Positions 42,223-52,228 are shown, counted from the first letter of the stretch. The stretch: 64,000 nt of DNA from Alphaproteobacteria bacterium (GCA_965243135.1 OZ251539.1:2624001-2688000); one strand, 5' to 3'. Numbers and translations: made by a program. Notes: generated by a model from the sequence alone, not told the origin.

Positions 42223-43871
42223 CAGAAATTCCCGCTAAGGTGGCCGCCCTTTGCGAAAGGCGCGTCGAGATAGCGTCGTTACCGAGGGACCAGCCGCCGC
42301 GACGCACCTTCCCCGCTTCGGCTTGGTGCCGACTTAGCCTTGACCATCCTGTTTCCCCTGAAAAACTTGCTTTAGCACATTCGGTCACGGTGCCAGGTCA
42401 GGAGGTGTCGTAGGGAATTCCCTCTGCTTTCCGGTATCCAAACGCGATCATTCGGTAGAGTGTTTCCCAGTCCTTCAAGAAGTATTCGAGAAACAATCCC
42501 CGCGCCTTTTCCCAGAAGTAAATGGGCCGCTTGGCCTTCGTTTGCGCCTGTTGGAACAGTTTGCAACATCGCTGTTGAATCTGGTCAATCAGGAACGCCA
42601 GCATCATCAGGAACGCAAAGACCGTCGACAGATTCTTGTTACCGTGACCGAAGTTGTGCTCAAAGCAGTAGCCTTGGTTCTTCAGGGTGTTGAAAGTTTC
42701 GTTCTCGATCTTCCAGCGCGCCCGCCCGGTGCGCATCAACTCCATCAGGTTCCCTTCGTCAATTGGCAGATCCGTGACCCAGGAGAAACGTTGTTTCTTG
42801 CCGTTTGGGAGCTTCTCCCAGTATTCGAGAAAGTTCACTTTGAGGTCGAAGTGCGTATCGTTCAGAGGCACTCCGTTAAGATACCGGAATTCGTGCCGTA
42901 TGTTGTCACCGTCCGTGAACTCCCGGCGCTCCACGGACGGCGCGTTGTTGACCCACTCGAACAGGAACTTGTGGTCGCCGGGCTTCGCCCCCAGTATGAA
43001 ACGCATGTCTAACTCCTTGAGAAGATTGGCATGCGGTCCGTTCGAGGCCAGCCCATCTTCCAACACAACCAGCTTCAGGTGCGGGTGTTCGCGACGCACA
43101 TCTTTCAGAAGCCGTTTCGCTGCGTTGCGTTCGCAATCGTTCTTTTTTGCGCCGTCTTCCTTCAGGATCGGTTCCGGTGCAAACGGAAAAACCTCCTTTT
43201 GTTCCGGATGCACCAGAACGGCTCCCAACATCTGGTGGTAGTAGGTAATCGTACCGTCGCGGTGGTGTTTCTCGCAGCAATTTTTACAGTGCACCTTGTC
43301 CGACGAGAAGTATCCCGTTCCATCGATCGAAAGAGCGTAATGCCCGTTCAGACAAGTGTATTCTTCCAATCCCTTGCCTCGTTGCAAAACCTGGAACATC
43401 TTCGTGAAACAACGCCGCAATTGCCGCGGACAGACTTCGTCAAGCCGTTCGCGCATCGCAGTGTCCGACGGCACGCGCTTGACGCCGTATAAGGTCGCGA
43501 GGTTGTGCCGAACCACTTCGTCGGCGTGCGCGGCCTCGTCGAATTGCAGAAGCGACGCATACTTCATACCGAACACCGCTAGACCCGACATCAGACAGTC
43601 CGTCTGGTTCAGCCCCCTGCTCGCGATCGGATCTTCGATACGGTCGAAACAAGCTCGCACTTCCTTCAGCAATCCCGGAGCGCTGAGCGTCTTGCGCATG
43701 CCTGGCATTCTGGCCATTTTGGTTACAATCCCGCCTCGCCTTCGGACCACTTTCCAGAGAAAAATGCTCCGCTCGAAGGCAAATAGCCCCGAATCACCTC
43801 GAAAAGTCCACGAAAGACTTTTTTCCGGCCCCATATTTTTCAAGGGTTTCGAGCCTTAGCGGGAATTGCTG
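42223..43871 (-). mobile_element. Insertion sequence, ISNCY-like (possibly ISDol1 group), 1649 bp
   Basis: IRs CAGAAATTCCCGCTAAGG (42223-42240) and CCTTAGCGGGAATTGCTG (43854-43871), 17/18 match. 9-bp direct repeats CCTCGTGGT at 42214-42222 and 43872-43880. Confidence 0.93.
42398..43717 (-). CDS. DDE transposase
   Basis: SIDGT, LEDGL, RARWKIENETFNTLK and EHNFGHG. Intact ORF inside the IRs. Confidence 0.93.
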   Translation of the reverse strand: MARMPGMRKTLSAPGLLKEVRACFDRIEDPIASRGLNQTDCLMSGLAVFGMKYASLLQFDEAAHADEVVRHNLATLYGVKRVPSDTAMRERLDEVCPRQLRRCFTKMFQVLQRGKGLEEYTCLNGHYALSIDGTGYFSSDKVHCKNCCEKHHRDGTITYYHQMLGAVLVHPEQKEVFPFAPEPILKEDGAKKNDCERNAAKRLLKDVRREHPHLKLVVLEDGLASNGPHANLLKELDMRFILGAKPGDHKFLFEWVNNAPSVERREFTDGDNIRHEFRYLNGVPLNDTHFDLKVNFLEYWEKLPNGKKQRFSWVTDLPIDEGNLMELMRTGRARWKIENETFNTLKNQGYCFEHNFGHGNKNLSTVFAFLMMLAFLIDQIQQRCCKLFQQAQTKAKRPIYFWEKARGLFLEYFLKDWETLYRMIAFGYRKAEGIPYDTS

Positions 43872-45818
43872 CCTCGTGGTGGCCTTGTCTCAGCAACTGG
43901 TGCACCCGATTGACCGCGTCAAGTGCGCCTCTTTCCGGTCTGTAGGCATACTGCTCCGGTTGCAGGTCGGCTTCGAAGATCGGCGACAATATGAGCATCG
44001 CCGCCGTCTGTGCCACCCTGTCCCGTATGCAGGGGATGCCCAGGGGCCGAAATTTTCCGCGCTGTTTCTTTGGGACCTGCCGTACCGCGGTCGGTCGGTA
44101 GGTTCCTTCTTTCAGGTCCCGCGCCAGTTCCTCAAGCCATTGGTCCCTTCCTTGCGCTTCCGCTATCGTCGTTCCGTCCGTCCCGGCAGTCCCTCCGTTT
44201 CGACGGACGTCTTGCCAGGCTGTGAACAGCACTTCGTAGCTCCATACCTTGTCGCATAGCGAGTAGAACCGGTAGCTTGGGGATTCCTTCGCTTGTAACG
44301 TTATCTGGAGTCTCCGAACTTTCTCCGAGGCTGCTAGGCTTTTGCCAGTCCTCATGTCCTTTCTTCCTTCCAACGCTTCTCTCGACCCAAGGCCCCTTTC
44401 CTCCACCGGCATTACCCGGCTTCTCCGGTACTACGGGCCTCTCCGCCACCCGCCGGCCTGCCCCTCGCGGGGTTCCGGTTGACTCGTGCGCGTCACCGAC
44501 AGGGCTTCCCGTGTTGCTGCTTCCTTCATCTTTCATGCGTGCCGACACCCCGGCGGAAACGGTCGGTGCTTTTGTCGTTCTCTTCCCGACCGTCGGCGGC
44601 TTTCCCCTAACCTCAGGAGGGTCAGCTCCCGCATTGACCGTTTCGAGGCCTGCTCAATGTTCACTGCTCGTTTCGGCCCGCATGTTCGCTGAGCGGCCTT
44701 CGCCGCCCTTTCCCAGAGTGCTTCAGCCTACATCGTTACCTCCGTAAACCGCCCTGGCTGCTACCAACCGGAACGACAGTTGTTGGGTGGGATTCGCACC
44801 CACCAGAAGAAAGCGCCTTTCCACGGCACACTGAGGTAGCCGGTCTGGAACAGAAGCGCCTCGATCGAAACATTGTCCACGTCGACGGACGAAAGCAGGC
44901 TCTCGCTGCCGGTCATGCCGTCCAGATCAGGGGTAGGCAGGTCGCGGCGCGTCAGCGTCTCGACCAGGAAGGTCGGCGTGCCGCTCTGAAACCAGTACGG
45001 GCGGAACTCGCGCCGCCGAAACAGCAGCAGCAGGCCGAACGGATTGTAGACCCTCTCCGGTCCGCGCCAGTTGTAGCCGTTGTACCAGCGGCGGATTTCG
45101 TCCCGGTCCAGGCCCTCGAGTTCCGGGGCGAAGACCGCATCCAGTTCCGCGTCCGTGTAGCCGCAGATGTCCGAGAACTCCGGCTCCAGCGTGACGTCGA
45201 TCAGGTTGTTCAGGCCCGAGAACAGGCCCGCCAACTTGCTCACCCCCGTCAGGAAAACGAAACGGAGATGCCTGTCGCAGGCCACCCCGTACAGGCTGCG
45301 CAGGAAGTCGCGGTTGGCCAGCGCCAGTTCCCGGTCGCCGAGCGCGTCCAGAATCGGCTTGTCGTACTCGTCCACCAGCACGACCGCCCGCCGCCCGGTG
45401 CGCTCGTGCAGGGCCTCGATCAATTCGTGGAAACGGACCGCCGTCCCGGCGGGGCCCGGTTCGAGGCCGGCGCGCCTCTCCGTCGCCGCCAGTTGCCTTT
45501 CCACGGTTCCCCGGACCCCGTCCGGGGTGTCGAAACGACCCACGCCGCTGAAATCCAGCCGCACCGGCGCGCCGACCAGTCCCACTTGCCGTGCACGGCG
45601 AGGCCCCGGAACGGCTCCTCGCTTCCCTCGAACAATTCTTGCAGCGTGTCCACCAGCAAGCTCTTGCCGAACCGGCGCGGACGCGACAGGAAATAGTAAT
45701 CGCCCCCTTCGACGAGGCGGCGCACATGGTCCGTCTTGTCGACGTAGTAGCAGTCCCTCGTCCGGATTTTCCGGAGGGAAGTCAAGCCGGTCGGAAGCAT
45801 GCGTCTCGTCATCCACGC

Positions 45819-45864
45819 AGAATAGTCCGCCGTGGCGGAGTCGTCGCCGTGGCGGAGTCGTCAA
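45819..45864 (-). promoter_or_regulatory. sigma70 promoter of copy A, disrupted by a 17-bp tandem duplication
   Basis: TTGACG...TATTCT with GACGACTCCGCCACGGC duplicated (45829-45845 and 45846-45862). Homologous to the promoters of copies B and C. Confidence 0.7.
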
Positions 45865-45894
45865 AGAAGAGGCAACCGTTCCAGGGCGAGAACG

Positions 45895-46310
45895 GGCGGT
45901 CGTTGCCAAGCCGCTGCCAGCGACGAGAGCAGCGGCAGCGGCGCGCGAGGCGGCGGCGTTACGGACGGCGGAAGGCGGCAGCGATGCGGGAGTTACCGGT
46001 CAGAAGACCTCCGTGGTCAGCTCTCGAACGGCTTGGCGTCGGCGAGCCTGCGGCAGGAGATCGTCCGCGCAACCGAACGAGCGCGGCGTTGCGGGCGAGG
46101 GTACGGGCACCGCTGCCGACATGATTGCGGCGACGATCCTCGTCATAAATCATGTCGCGAACACGCCCGTTTTCCCGGTGACGGCGAGCGGAAATCTCGG
46201 CCGGTCGTCCGCGGCGGAACGGAGTCGCTCCGCAAGCGATCTCCAGAGTCGTCCCGACGACCTTTCCCAATTTTCCGACGTATGCGTGCGGAAGGACGCC
46301 CCGACGGACG
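45895..46310 (-). pseudogene. ISAs1-family transposase 3' remnant
   Basis: KVVGTTLEIACGAT..RRHRENGRVRDMIYDEDRRR..GSGARTLARNAAL resembles the ISAs1 C-terminus. Diverged inverted copy at 60790-61135. Confidence 0.6.
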
Positions 46311-46352
46311 CGCCGCGGCCGGCAGGCCCCGGCAGGTTCGAAACCCGGCAGG

Positions 46353-47597
46353 CTACCTGTATCTCTCGAGAAACGTGTTCAGATCCGAAAACGACACCGA
46401 TTCCTCCGCGCCGGAATCCAGATCTCGCACGGTCGCCGCCTGCCGCTCCATCTCGTCCTCGCCGATGATTACCGCCGCTCGGGCCCCGACCCTGTTCGCC
46501 CGCTTCATGCGTTGCTTCATCCTGCCTCGATAACCCAGATCGACGCGGTATCCCGCGCGGCGGAGATCCTCCGCCACCCGCAACCCCGCCCGCTCGGCCC
46601 GTTCGCCTGCGGGCACGACCGCCAAAGGCCGGGATTTCGGCGGCGACTCGCCGATCAGCATCGACAACCGTTCGATGCCGGACGCCCAGCCCACTCCCGG
46701 AGTCCGCGGTCCGCCCATGGTCTCGACGAGTCCGTCGTAGCGCCCGCCCGCAAGTACGGCACCTTGCGCTCCGAGCGCGTCCGTCGTGAACTCGAAAGCG
46801 ACGTGACAGTAATAGTCGAGGCCGCGCACCAGCCGCGGATTGCGGCGATACCCTACGCCAAGGCCGTCCAGTCCTTCGAGGACGGCGTCAAAGAAATCCC
46901 GGGATTCCGTATCCAGAAAGTCGTCAAGCGCCGGAGCGCCGGCGACCACAGCGCGGTCGCCTTCGTCCTTGGAGTCCAGAATGCGCAACGGATTGCGATC
47001 GAGACGCGTCCGGCTGTCCTCGGACAACTCCTGCCGCCGATCCCCGAAATACTCCTCCAGACGCCGCCGATAGGCTGCGCGGCTCGCCGCATTGCCAAGT
47101 GTGTTCAGTTCGAGGGTGGCGCGTCCGGCCACCCCGAGAGCGTCCAGAACCGCCGCGCCGAGCGCGATCACCTCGACGTCGCCGACCGGCTCCTCGACCC
47201 CTAGCAGCTCGACGCCGATTTGGTGAAACTGCCGCAGCCGGCCTTTCTGCGGACGCTCGTGGCGGAACATCGGACCCGCGTAAAAGCATTTGAACGGAAG
47301 CTGTCCGCTCAGTCCGCCGGATATCAGCGCCCGGGCCACGCCCGCCGTGCCCTCGGGCCGCAAGGTAAGGGAATCGCCGCTCCTGTCCTTGAAGGTGTAC
47401 ATCTCCTTCGTGACGATGTCCGAAGCGTCTCCGAGCGTCCGCGAGAACACTTCCGTGAACTCGAAAATCGGAGTCGCCATCTCATCGTAGCCGTAGCGTT
47501 CGGCGACGTTCCGTCCCGTCTCGATCACGCGACGGACGCACCGCGCCTCTTCCGGCATGACGTCCCGGGTGCCGCGCACGGGTTGAAGCGAAGACAT
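46353..47597 (-). CDS. hisS: Histidine--tRNA ligase
   Basis: LRPEGTAG, FRHERPQKGR, LVRGLDYY and GGRYDGL. Confidence 0.98.
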   Translation of the reverse strand: MSSLQPVRGTRDVMPEEARCVRRVIETGRNVAERYGYDEMATPIFEFTEVFSRTLGDASDIVTKEMYTFKDRSGDSLTLRPEGTAGVARALISGGLSGQLPFKCFYAGPMFRHERPQKGRLRQFHQIGVELLGVEEPVGDVEVIALGAAVLDALGVAGRATLELNTLGNAASRAAYRRRLEEYFGDRRQELSEDSRTRLDRNPLRILDSKDEGDRAVVAGAPALDDFLDTESRDFFDAVLEGLDGLGVGYRRNPRLVRGLDYYCHVAFEFTTDALGAQGAVLAGGRYDGLVETMGGPRTPGVGWASGIERLSMLIGESPPKSRPLAVVPAGERAERAGLRVAEDLRRAGYRVDLGYRGRMKQRMKRANRVGARAAVIIGEDEMERQAATVRDLDSGAEESVSFSDLNTFLERYR

Positions 47598-47664
47598 GAG
47601 CGGGTTCTACGGCATTATCCGGATATGCGAAACCGCCGCCTTCCGGGGTCCGCGGCCGGCCGCA

Positions 47665-48759
47665 TCATCGCTCGAGCAAGCTGCGGTCAAGCGAAATCCC
47701 GCGCAGAACTTCGCCGGCGGAACCAAGCAACGGCGCCTCCTTTCCATCCACGATGAGGCGCAATCCGCCGGCGTTTCCGGTGTCGAGCAGGAGATTCGCG
47801 CCCGGCGGCGCTTCGTAAACGTCTCCAGCCTGCATCATGCCGGAGTAGAACTCGTCGCCGTTCCCGTCCCGCACCAGAACGTAGCTGTTCGCGACCGCGC
47901 GGACTTCGATGCGGGCGGGCTCCCCGCCCTCCGCAGGGGCGGCGGCGGCCTCGGCGTCCGGCGCAGGCGCCGCCGGGGGCGGAGCGCGCGTTTCGGCGGC
48001 GGCGACTTCCGGCGGAGCGGCGACCGGCCCTTCCCCTGCCCCGTCGTCCGCATCGGCGCCGTCCATCCGCGCCGCAAGGGGCTCGGGCGTCGCCGCAGGC
48101 TGCGGCGAGACCGCGTCCGCCGGAGGCGGCGGGCCTCCGGGCCGGGCCGGGCCGGTTTCCACCGCGGCGGGCGGCGGCGGAGAAACCTGCGAGGCCGGGG
48201 CAGTCTCCCGTTCTTCGCCGACCTCCGCGACGGAAGGAGCCGAGCCCCCCGGAGAAACGTCCGGCGCAGAAACGGCGCCTGGCGAGGGATCGGACAAGCG
48301 CGCGTCTTCGGGCCCGCTTCCGAAAACGCCGGAAGTCTGCAAGGGACTTTTTTCGTTCGAGTAAAGGTAATGCCAGCCCCCATAAGCCGCCAGCGCGATG
48401 ACGGTCGCCAGAAGGAAAATCGGGCCCGTCGGCAAGCGCCCCTCTTCGACCGGGGACAGGAGATCGAGCCTCTGCTGTTTTCCGATGTTCACGCCCGACG
48501 TCTTGAGCTTCCGAAGGATTTCGTCGCTGTCGAGGCCCAGCAGGCCAGCGTAGGCTCGCAAAAACCCGCTCACGTAGGCGGCGCCCGGCAACTCCGAAAA
48601 CTTCCCCGCCTCGATCGCTTCGAGATGCACCGTCCGGATATGCAGTTGCGCCGCCACGTCGTCGAGCTGGTAGCCCAACGCTTCCCGCGCGTCCCGGATC
48701 GTCGCTCCGATCTCGACGGCTTCCGATTGAGCGTCCGCGTTAACGATGGTCGTGTTCAT
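47665..48759 (-). CDS. rodZ: RodZ-like HTH / DUF4115 membrane protein
   Basis: N-terminal HTH (LEAIEAG..LPG..Y..GFLRAYA), TM helix, Pro/Ala linker and C-terminal TGNAGGL. Confidence 0.8.
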   Translation of the reverse strand: MNTTIVNADAQSEAVEIGATIRDAREALGYQLDDVAAQLHIRTVHLEAIEAGKFSELPGAAYVSGFLRAYAGLLGLDSDEILRKLKTSGVNIGKQQRLDLLSPVEEGRLPTGPIFLLATVIALAAYGGWHYLYSNEKSPLQTSGVFGSGPEDARLSDPSPGAVSAPDVSPGGSAPSVAEVGEERETAPASQVSPPPPAAVETGPARPGGPPPPADAVSPQPAATPEPLAARMDGADADDGAGEGPVAAPPEVAAAETRAPPPAAPAPDAEAAAAPAEGGEPARIEVRAVANSYVLVRDGNGDEFYSGMMQAGDVYEAPPGANLLLDTGNAGGLRLIVDGKEAPLLGSAGEVLRGISLDRSLLER

Positions 48760-49008
48760 TGCTCCGTGCCCCTGAGCAGCTCGCGCACGCCGCCATCCCG
48801 GCCGCCGCGGCACGGATTCTGGCACCGTTGCGCGTTCGTTCCAAGAAAAAAGCGAACGCGGCGTCCCGCCATCCGCGGGAACCGCCCGGATCGACCGAGG
48901 GCCATGCGCCGATTCGCGCAGGAAGTCCCGGTCCGCGAGTTCCGGGTCGATCCTCCGGCGGGCGGGCGCCGCCGTCGCCAGAGCGGCTTTCTGTCGGCGA
49001 CAGGCGGC

Positions 49009-50034
49009 TCAACCGACAGCCCGGCTCGCGCCGGTCAAGGCGTCCAGGGACTGATCGACGAGTTCGGCCAAGATCTCGGCGACGGGCTGAACGTTCCTCA
49101 CCATGCCGACGCTCTGCCCGGCCATCATCGAACCGTTTTCGACGTCGCCCTCGACAGCCGCCCGCCGCAACGCGCCCGCCCAGAAATGCTCGATTCTCAG
49201 CTGCGCTTCCTCCTTGGCGAGTTCGCCGCGCCGGCTGGCGTCGATCACCTCGCGCTGCACGCGCTCGAACTCCCGCGTCGCGTCGTTCCGAAGCGCGCGC
49301 ACCGGGATGACCGGAAATTCCGGATCCAGCTGCATCGACGGAACCGCGTCGCGCGCGGAAGCGCGGATGAACGCCTGCTTGAATCTGTCGTGAGCGACGG
49401 ATTCGCTGGCGCACGCGAAACGGGTGCCGATCTGGCATCCGGCGGCGCCCATGTTGAGATAGGAAACGATCGCCTCGCCCCGTCCGATGCCGCCGGCCAC
49501 GAAAACGGGAACGTCCCGCAGATGCGGCAAAATCTCCTGCGCCAGTACGCCGGTCGACACCGGTCCGATATGTCCGCCCGCTTCCGCGCCCTCGACGACG
49601 ATAGCGTCCGCGCCCTGGCGCACCAGCCGCCTCGCGACGGCGAGCGTGGCGGCGAAGCACACGACCCTGGCTCCGCCGTCCTTCGCGCGCCTGATCGCCG
49701 ACGCGCCCGGCAGCCCGCCGGCGAGAATGACGAAATCGACGGCCTGCTCCAGGCAGACGTCGATCAGGGCGTCCAGTTCCGGATGCATCGTGATAAGGTT
49801 CACTCCGAAGGGCTTGTCCGTGCGGGCGGCGGTTTCGGCGATCTCGTCCGCCAACAGGCCGGGAGTCATGGCGCCGCAGGCGATCACTCCGAAGCCGCCC
49901 GCGTTCGAAAGAGCCGAAACGAGGTTGCGTTCGGACAACCAGGTCATCGCCCCCCCGAGGATCGCGTATCGAACGCCGAGGAAATCGCGCCCGGCCCTCC
50001 AGAGGGCGTCGAGTCGCACGCGGGCTTCGTCCAT
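49009..50034 (-). CDS. Nitronate monooxygenase / FabK-like flavin oxidoreductase
   Basis: GGAMTW, PFGVNL, EGAEAGGHIG, AGGIG and MAGQSVG. Confidence 0.88.
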   Translation of the reverse strand: MDEARVRLDALWRAGRDFLGVRYAILGGAMTWLSERNLVSALSNAGGFGVIACGAMTPGLLADEIAETAARTDKPFGVNLITMHPELDALIDVCLEQAVDFVILAGGLPGASAIRRAKDGGARVVCFAATLAVARRLVRQGADAIVVEGAEAGGHIGPVSTGVLAQEILPHLRDVPVFVAGGIGRGEAIVSYLNMGAAGCQIGTRFACASESVAHDRFKQAFIRASARDAVPSMQLDPEFPVIPVRALRNDATREFERVQREVIDASRRGELAKEEAQLRIEHFWAGALRRAAVEGDVENGSMMAGQSVGMVRNVQPVAEILAELVDQSLDALTGASRAVG

Positions 50035-50057
50035 GCCGTTCGCCTCCCCTGCGGCCT

Positions 50058-51278
50058 TCAGGCGGCGTCGAGCCCGTAGGCGGCATGCAGCGAACGCAGC
50101 GCGAGTTCGGTATAGGCGTCCGACACCAGAACGCTGATCTTGATCTCCGAGGTGGAGATAACCTGGATGTTGATTCCTTTTTCCGCGAGCGCGGAAAACA
50201 TGCGCATGGCGACGCCGGCGTGACTGCGCATTCCGACGCCGACGACGGAAATCTTCACTACCTCGGGATCCCCGATGACCCGCTCGAACCCGAGCTCCCC
50301 GCGTTTCGCCTCCACGAGCTCCAGCGCGGGGGCGAGGTCGTCCCTGGGCACGGTGAAAGTGAGGTCCGTCGCTTGGCCGTCTCCGGAAACGTTCTGAACG
50401 ATCATGTCGACGTTGATCCCGGCGTCCGCCAGAGGCCCGAAGATGCTGGCCGCGATCCCCGGCCGGTCGGGAACGCGGATCAGGGTGACCTTCGCTTCGT
50501 CCAGGCTGTGCGCTATTCCGCTGACGACTTCGTGTTCCACGATTTCTTCCTCGTTGACGACGAGCGTGCCGGAGGCGTCCGCGAAGCTCGACAGCACCTG
50601 CAGCCTCACTCCGTGATTCATTGCGAGTTCGACGGACCGGGCGTGAAGAACCCGGGCGCCGAGGGACGCCAGTTCCAGCATTTCCTCGTAGGTTATCCTG
50701 TCCAGCTTTCGGGCCCTGGCGACGATGCGCGGATCGCAGGTGTAGATTCCGTCGACGTCGGTATAGATGTCGCAACGGTCGGCGCCGATCGCAGCGGCGA
50801 GAGCGACCGCCGAAGTGTCGGAACCGCCGCGCCCCAACGTGGCGACGCGGTTGTCCGGCGCCAGTCCCTGGAACCCGGCCACCACGGCGACCTGTCCCGC
50901 TTCGAGTCGGAGAACGATCTCTTCTCCCCGGACTTCGTCGATGCGCGCGCGGCCGTGCAAGCCGTCGGTCCGGATCGGCAGTTGCCAACCCAACCAGGAT
51001 CGGGCGTCGACGCCCTCGGCCTGCAGCGCCAGGGCCGTCAGGCCGGCGGTGACCTGCTCGCCGGAGGAAACCACGACATCGCATTCGCGCGCATCGCGAG
51101 GCGGCGATATCGAGCGCGTCCACTCCACCAGCTGGTCCGTGGCGCCGGCCATCGCCGAAACCACGACCGCAACCTGGTCGCCCGCCTCGACAGCGCGCTT
51201 GACCTCCGCGGCAACCGCCCGGATTCGGACGAGGTCCGCGACGGAGGTTCCGCCGAATTTCTTGACGATCCGGGTCAT
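50058..51278 (-). CDS. lysC: Aspartate kinase
   Basis: VKKFGGTSV, TLGRGGSDTSA, TDVDGIY and ACT domains (ISTSEIKIS). Confidence 0.97.
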   Translation of the reverse strand: MTRIVKKFGGTSVADLVRIRAVAAEVKRAVEAGDQVAVVVSAMAGATDQLVEWTRSISPPRDARECDVVVSSGEQVTAGLTALALQAEGVDARSWLGWQLPIRTDGLHGRARIDEVRGEEIVLRLEAGQVAVVAGFQGLAPDNRVATLGRGGSDTSAVALAAAIGADRCDIYTDVDGIYTCDPRIVARARKLDRITYEEMLELASLGARVLHARSVELAMNHGVRLQVLSSFADASGTLVVNEEEIVEHEVVSGIAHSLDEAKVTLIRVPDRPGIAASIFGPLADAGINVDMIVQNVSGDGQATDLTFTVPRDDLAPALELVEAKRGELGFERVIGDPEVVKISVVGVGMRSHAGVAMRMFSALAEKGINIQVISTSEIKISVLVSDAYTELALRSLHAAYGLDAA

Positions 51279-51405
51279 CGCGCTTCTCCGTAACGGCGCG
51301 CCGACAAGCGGCACCTGCCGCCCGGCCCAACGGGTTCGCCAACTTGCCCTGCGCGGCGCGCGGGCATAGATACGCGCAGGCAACGATTCAGGCAAGCAAA
51401 CCCGA

Positions 51406-52182
51406 ATGTCGAAAGCGGCGCGAGGCGGCGGCGAAAGCAAGATGACGGATCCAGCCGAAATCGCGCGGTTTTCGGCTCTCGCGGATCAATGGTGGGATCC
51501 GTCGGGAAGTTTCCGGCCGCTGCACAAGCTCAATCCCCTCCGCCTCGGCTACATTCGCGACCGGCTTTGCGAGCGTTTCGGACGCGACCCTCGTTCGCTC
51601 GCGCCGCTAACCGGTTTGAGGGTGCTCGACGCGGGTTGCGGCGGCGGCCTGATCTCGGAGCCCATCGCCCGCATGGGCGCCGACGTCACGGGCATCGACG
51701 CGTCCGAGGCCAATATCGGCACGGCGCGGCTTCATGCGGCCCGCAACGGAATCGAGATCGATTACCGGCGCGCATCGCCCGAGACTCTCGGCGCCTCGGG
51801 CGAGCGTTTCGACGCCGTTCTGGCGCTCGAGGTCGTCGAACACGTCGCGGACAGGGACATGTTCATCGACGCTTGCGCTTCCCTTGCGAGCGGCGAAGGC
51901 GCGATCATCCTGTCGACGCTGAACCGGACGCCCAAGGCGTTCCTCTTCGGGATCGTCGGCGCCGAATACGCGCTGCGGTGGCTGCCGCGCGGCACGCATG
52001 ACTGGCGCAGATTCTCCCGTCCCTCCGAACTGGGCCGGGCCCTGCGGCGGAACGGAATGGCCGTAGCGGACGTGTCCGGCATGAGTTTCGATTTGCTGCG
52101 GAACGAATGGCGGCTGACGGGGGACGTTTCGGTCAACTACATCCTGTTCGCGCGCAGGGGCGGATCGCCGCTGCCGCCGTAG
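51406..52182 (+). CDS. ubiG: Ubiquinone biosynthesis O-methyltransferase
   Basis: WWDPSG..PLHKLNP.R, LDAGCGGG, LEVVEHV and GTHDW. Divergent from lysC. Confidence 0.95.
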   Translation: MSKAARGGGESKMTDPAEIARFSALADQWWDPSGSFRPLHKLNPLRLGYIRDRLCERFGRDPRSLAPLTGLRVLDAGCGGGLISEPIARMGADVTGIDASEANIGTARLHAARNGIEIDYRRASPETLGASGERFDAVLALEVVEHVADRDMFIDACASLASGEGAIILSTLNRTPKAFLFGIVGAEYALRWLPRGTHDWRRFSRPSELGRALRRNGMAVADVSGMSFDLLRNEWRLTGDVSVNYILFARRGGSPLPP

Positions 52183-52228
52183 GTCTCCGTCCGTGCGAGA
52201 GACCGTCGGCAGGTTCGGGCCGGCAGAC

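Larger units (their letters stand above)
41407..44355 (-). pseudogene. ltrA: Group II intron reverse transcriptase/maturase, IS-interrupted and frameshifted
   Basis: RPLGIPCIRDRVAQ, YAYRP, EVVDADLSDYFGQIPH, GTPQGAPISPLLSN and LEYLGY. The YADD region is destroyed near 41900-41920. Confidence 0.9.
41261..44831 (-). mobile_element. Group II intron (decayed), about 1.9 kb without the nested IS
   Basis: 5' end GTGTGCCGTGG. 3' end DV/DVI-like GCGGGAAATCCGCACGTCCGGTTTGACGAGCGGGG...GACTCTAC. Boundaries fixed by the uninterrupted paralogue. EBS1 TGAGGT pairs with IBS1 ACCTCA. Confidence 0.93.
40728..45812 (-). pseudogene. AAA-ATPase-like/PD-(D/E)XK gene copy A, split by a group II intron (exons 45812-44832 and 41260-40728) and frameshifted
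   Basis: Near-identical to 52369-53901. Joined exons restore FQTGYLTIVGEEDG. 7-bp net deletion near 45565. Confidence 0.92.

Noticed and set aside
41407-44355. RT as retron, DGR or CRISPR-associated RT, with the paralogous genes as template/variable repeats
   Set aside because: The RT lies inside clear group II intron ends with DV/DVI and EBS1-IBS1 pairing. Differences between paralogues are not adenine-specific, and no avd, msr/msd or cas gene is visible.
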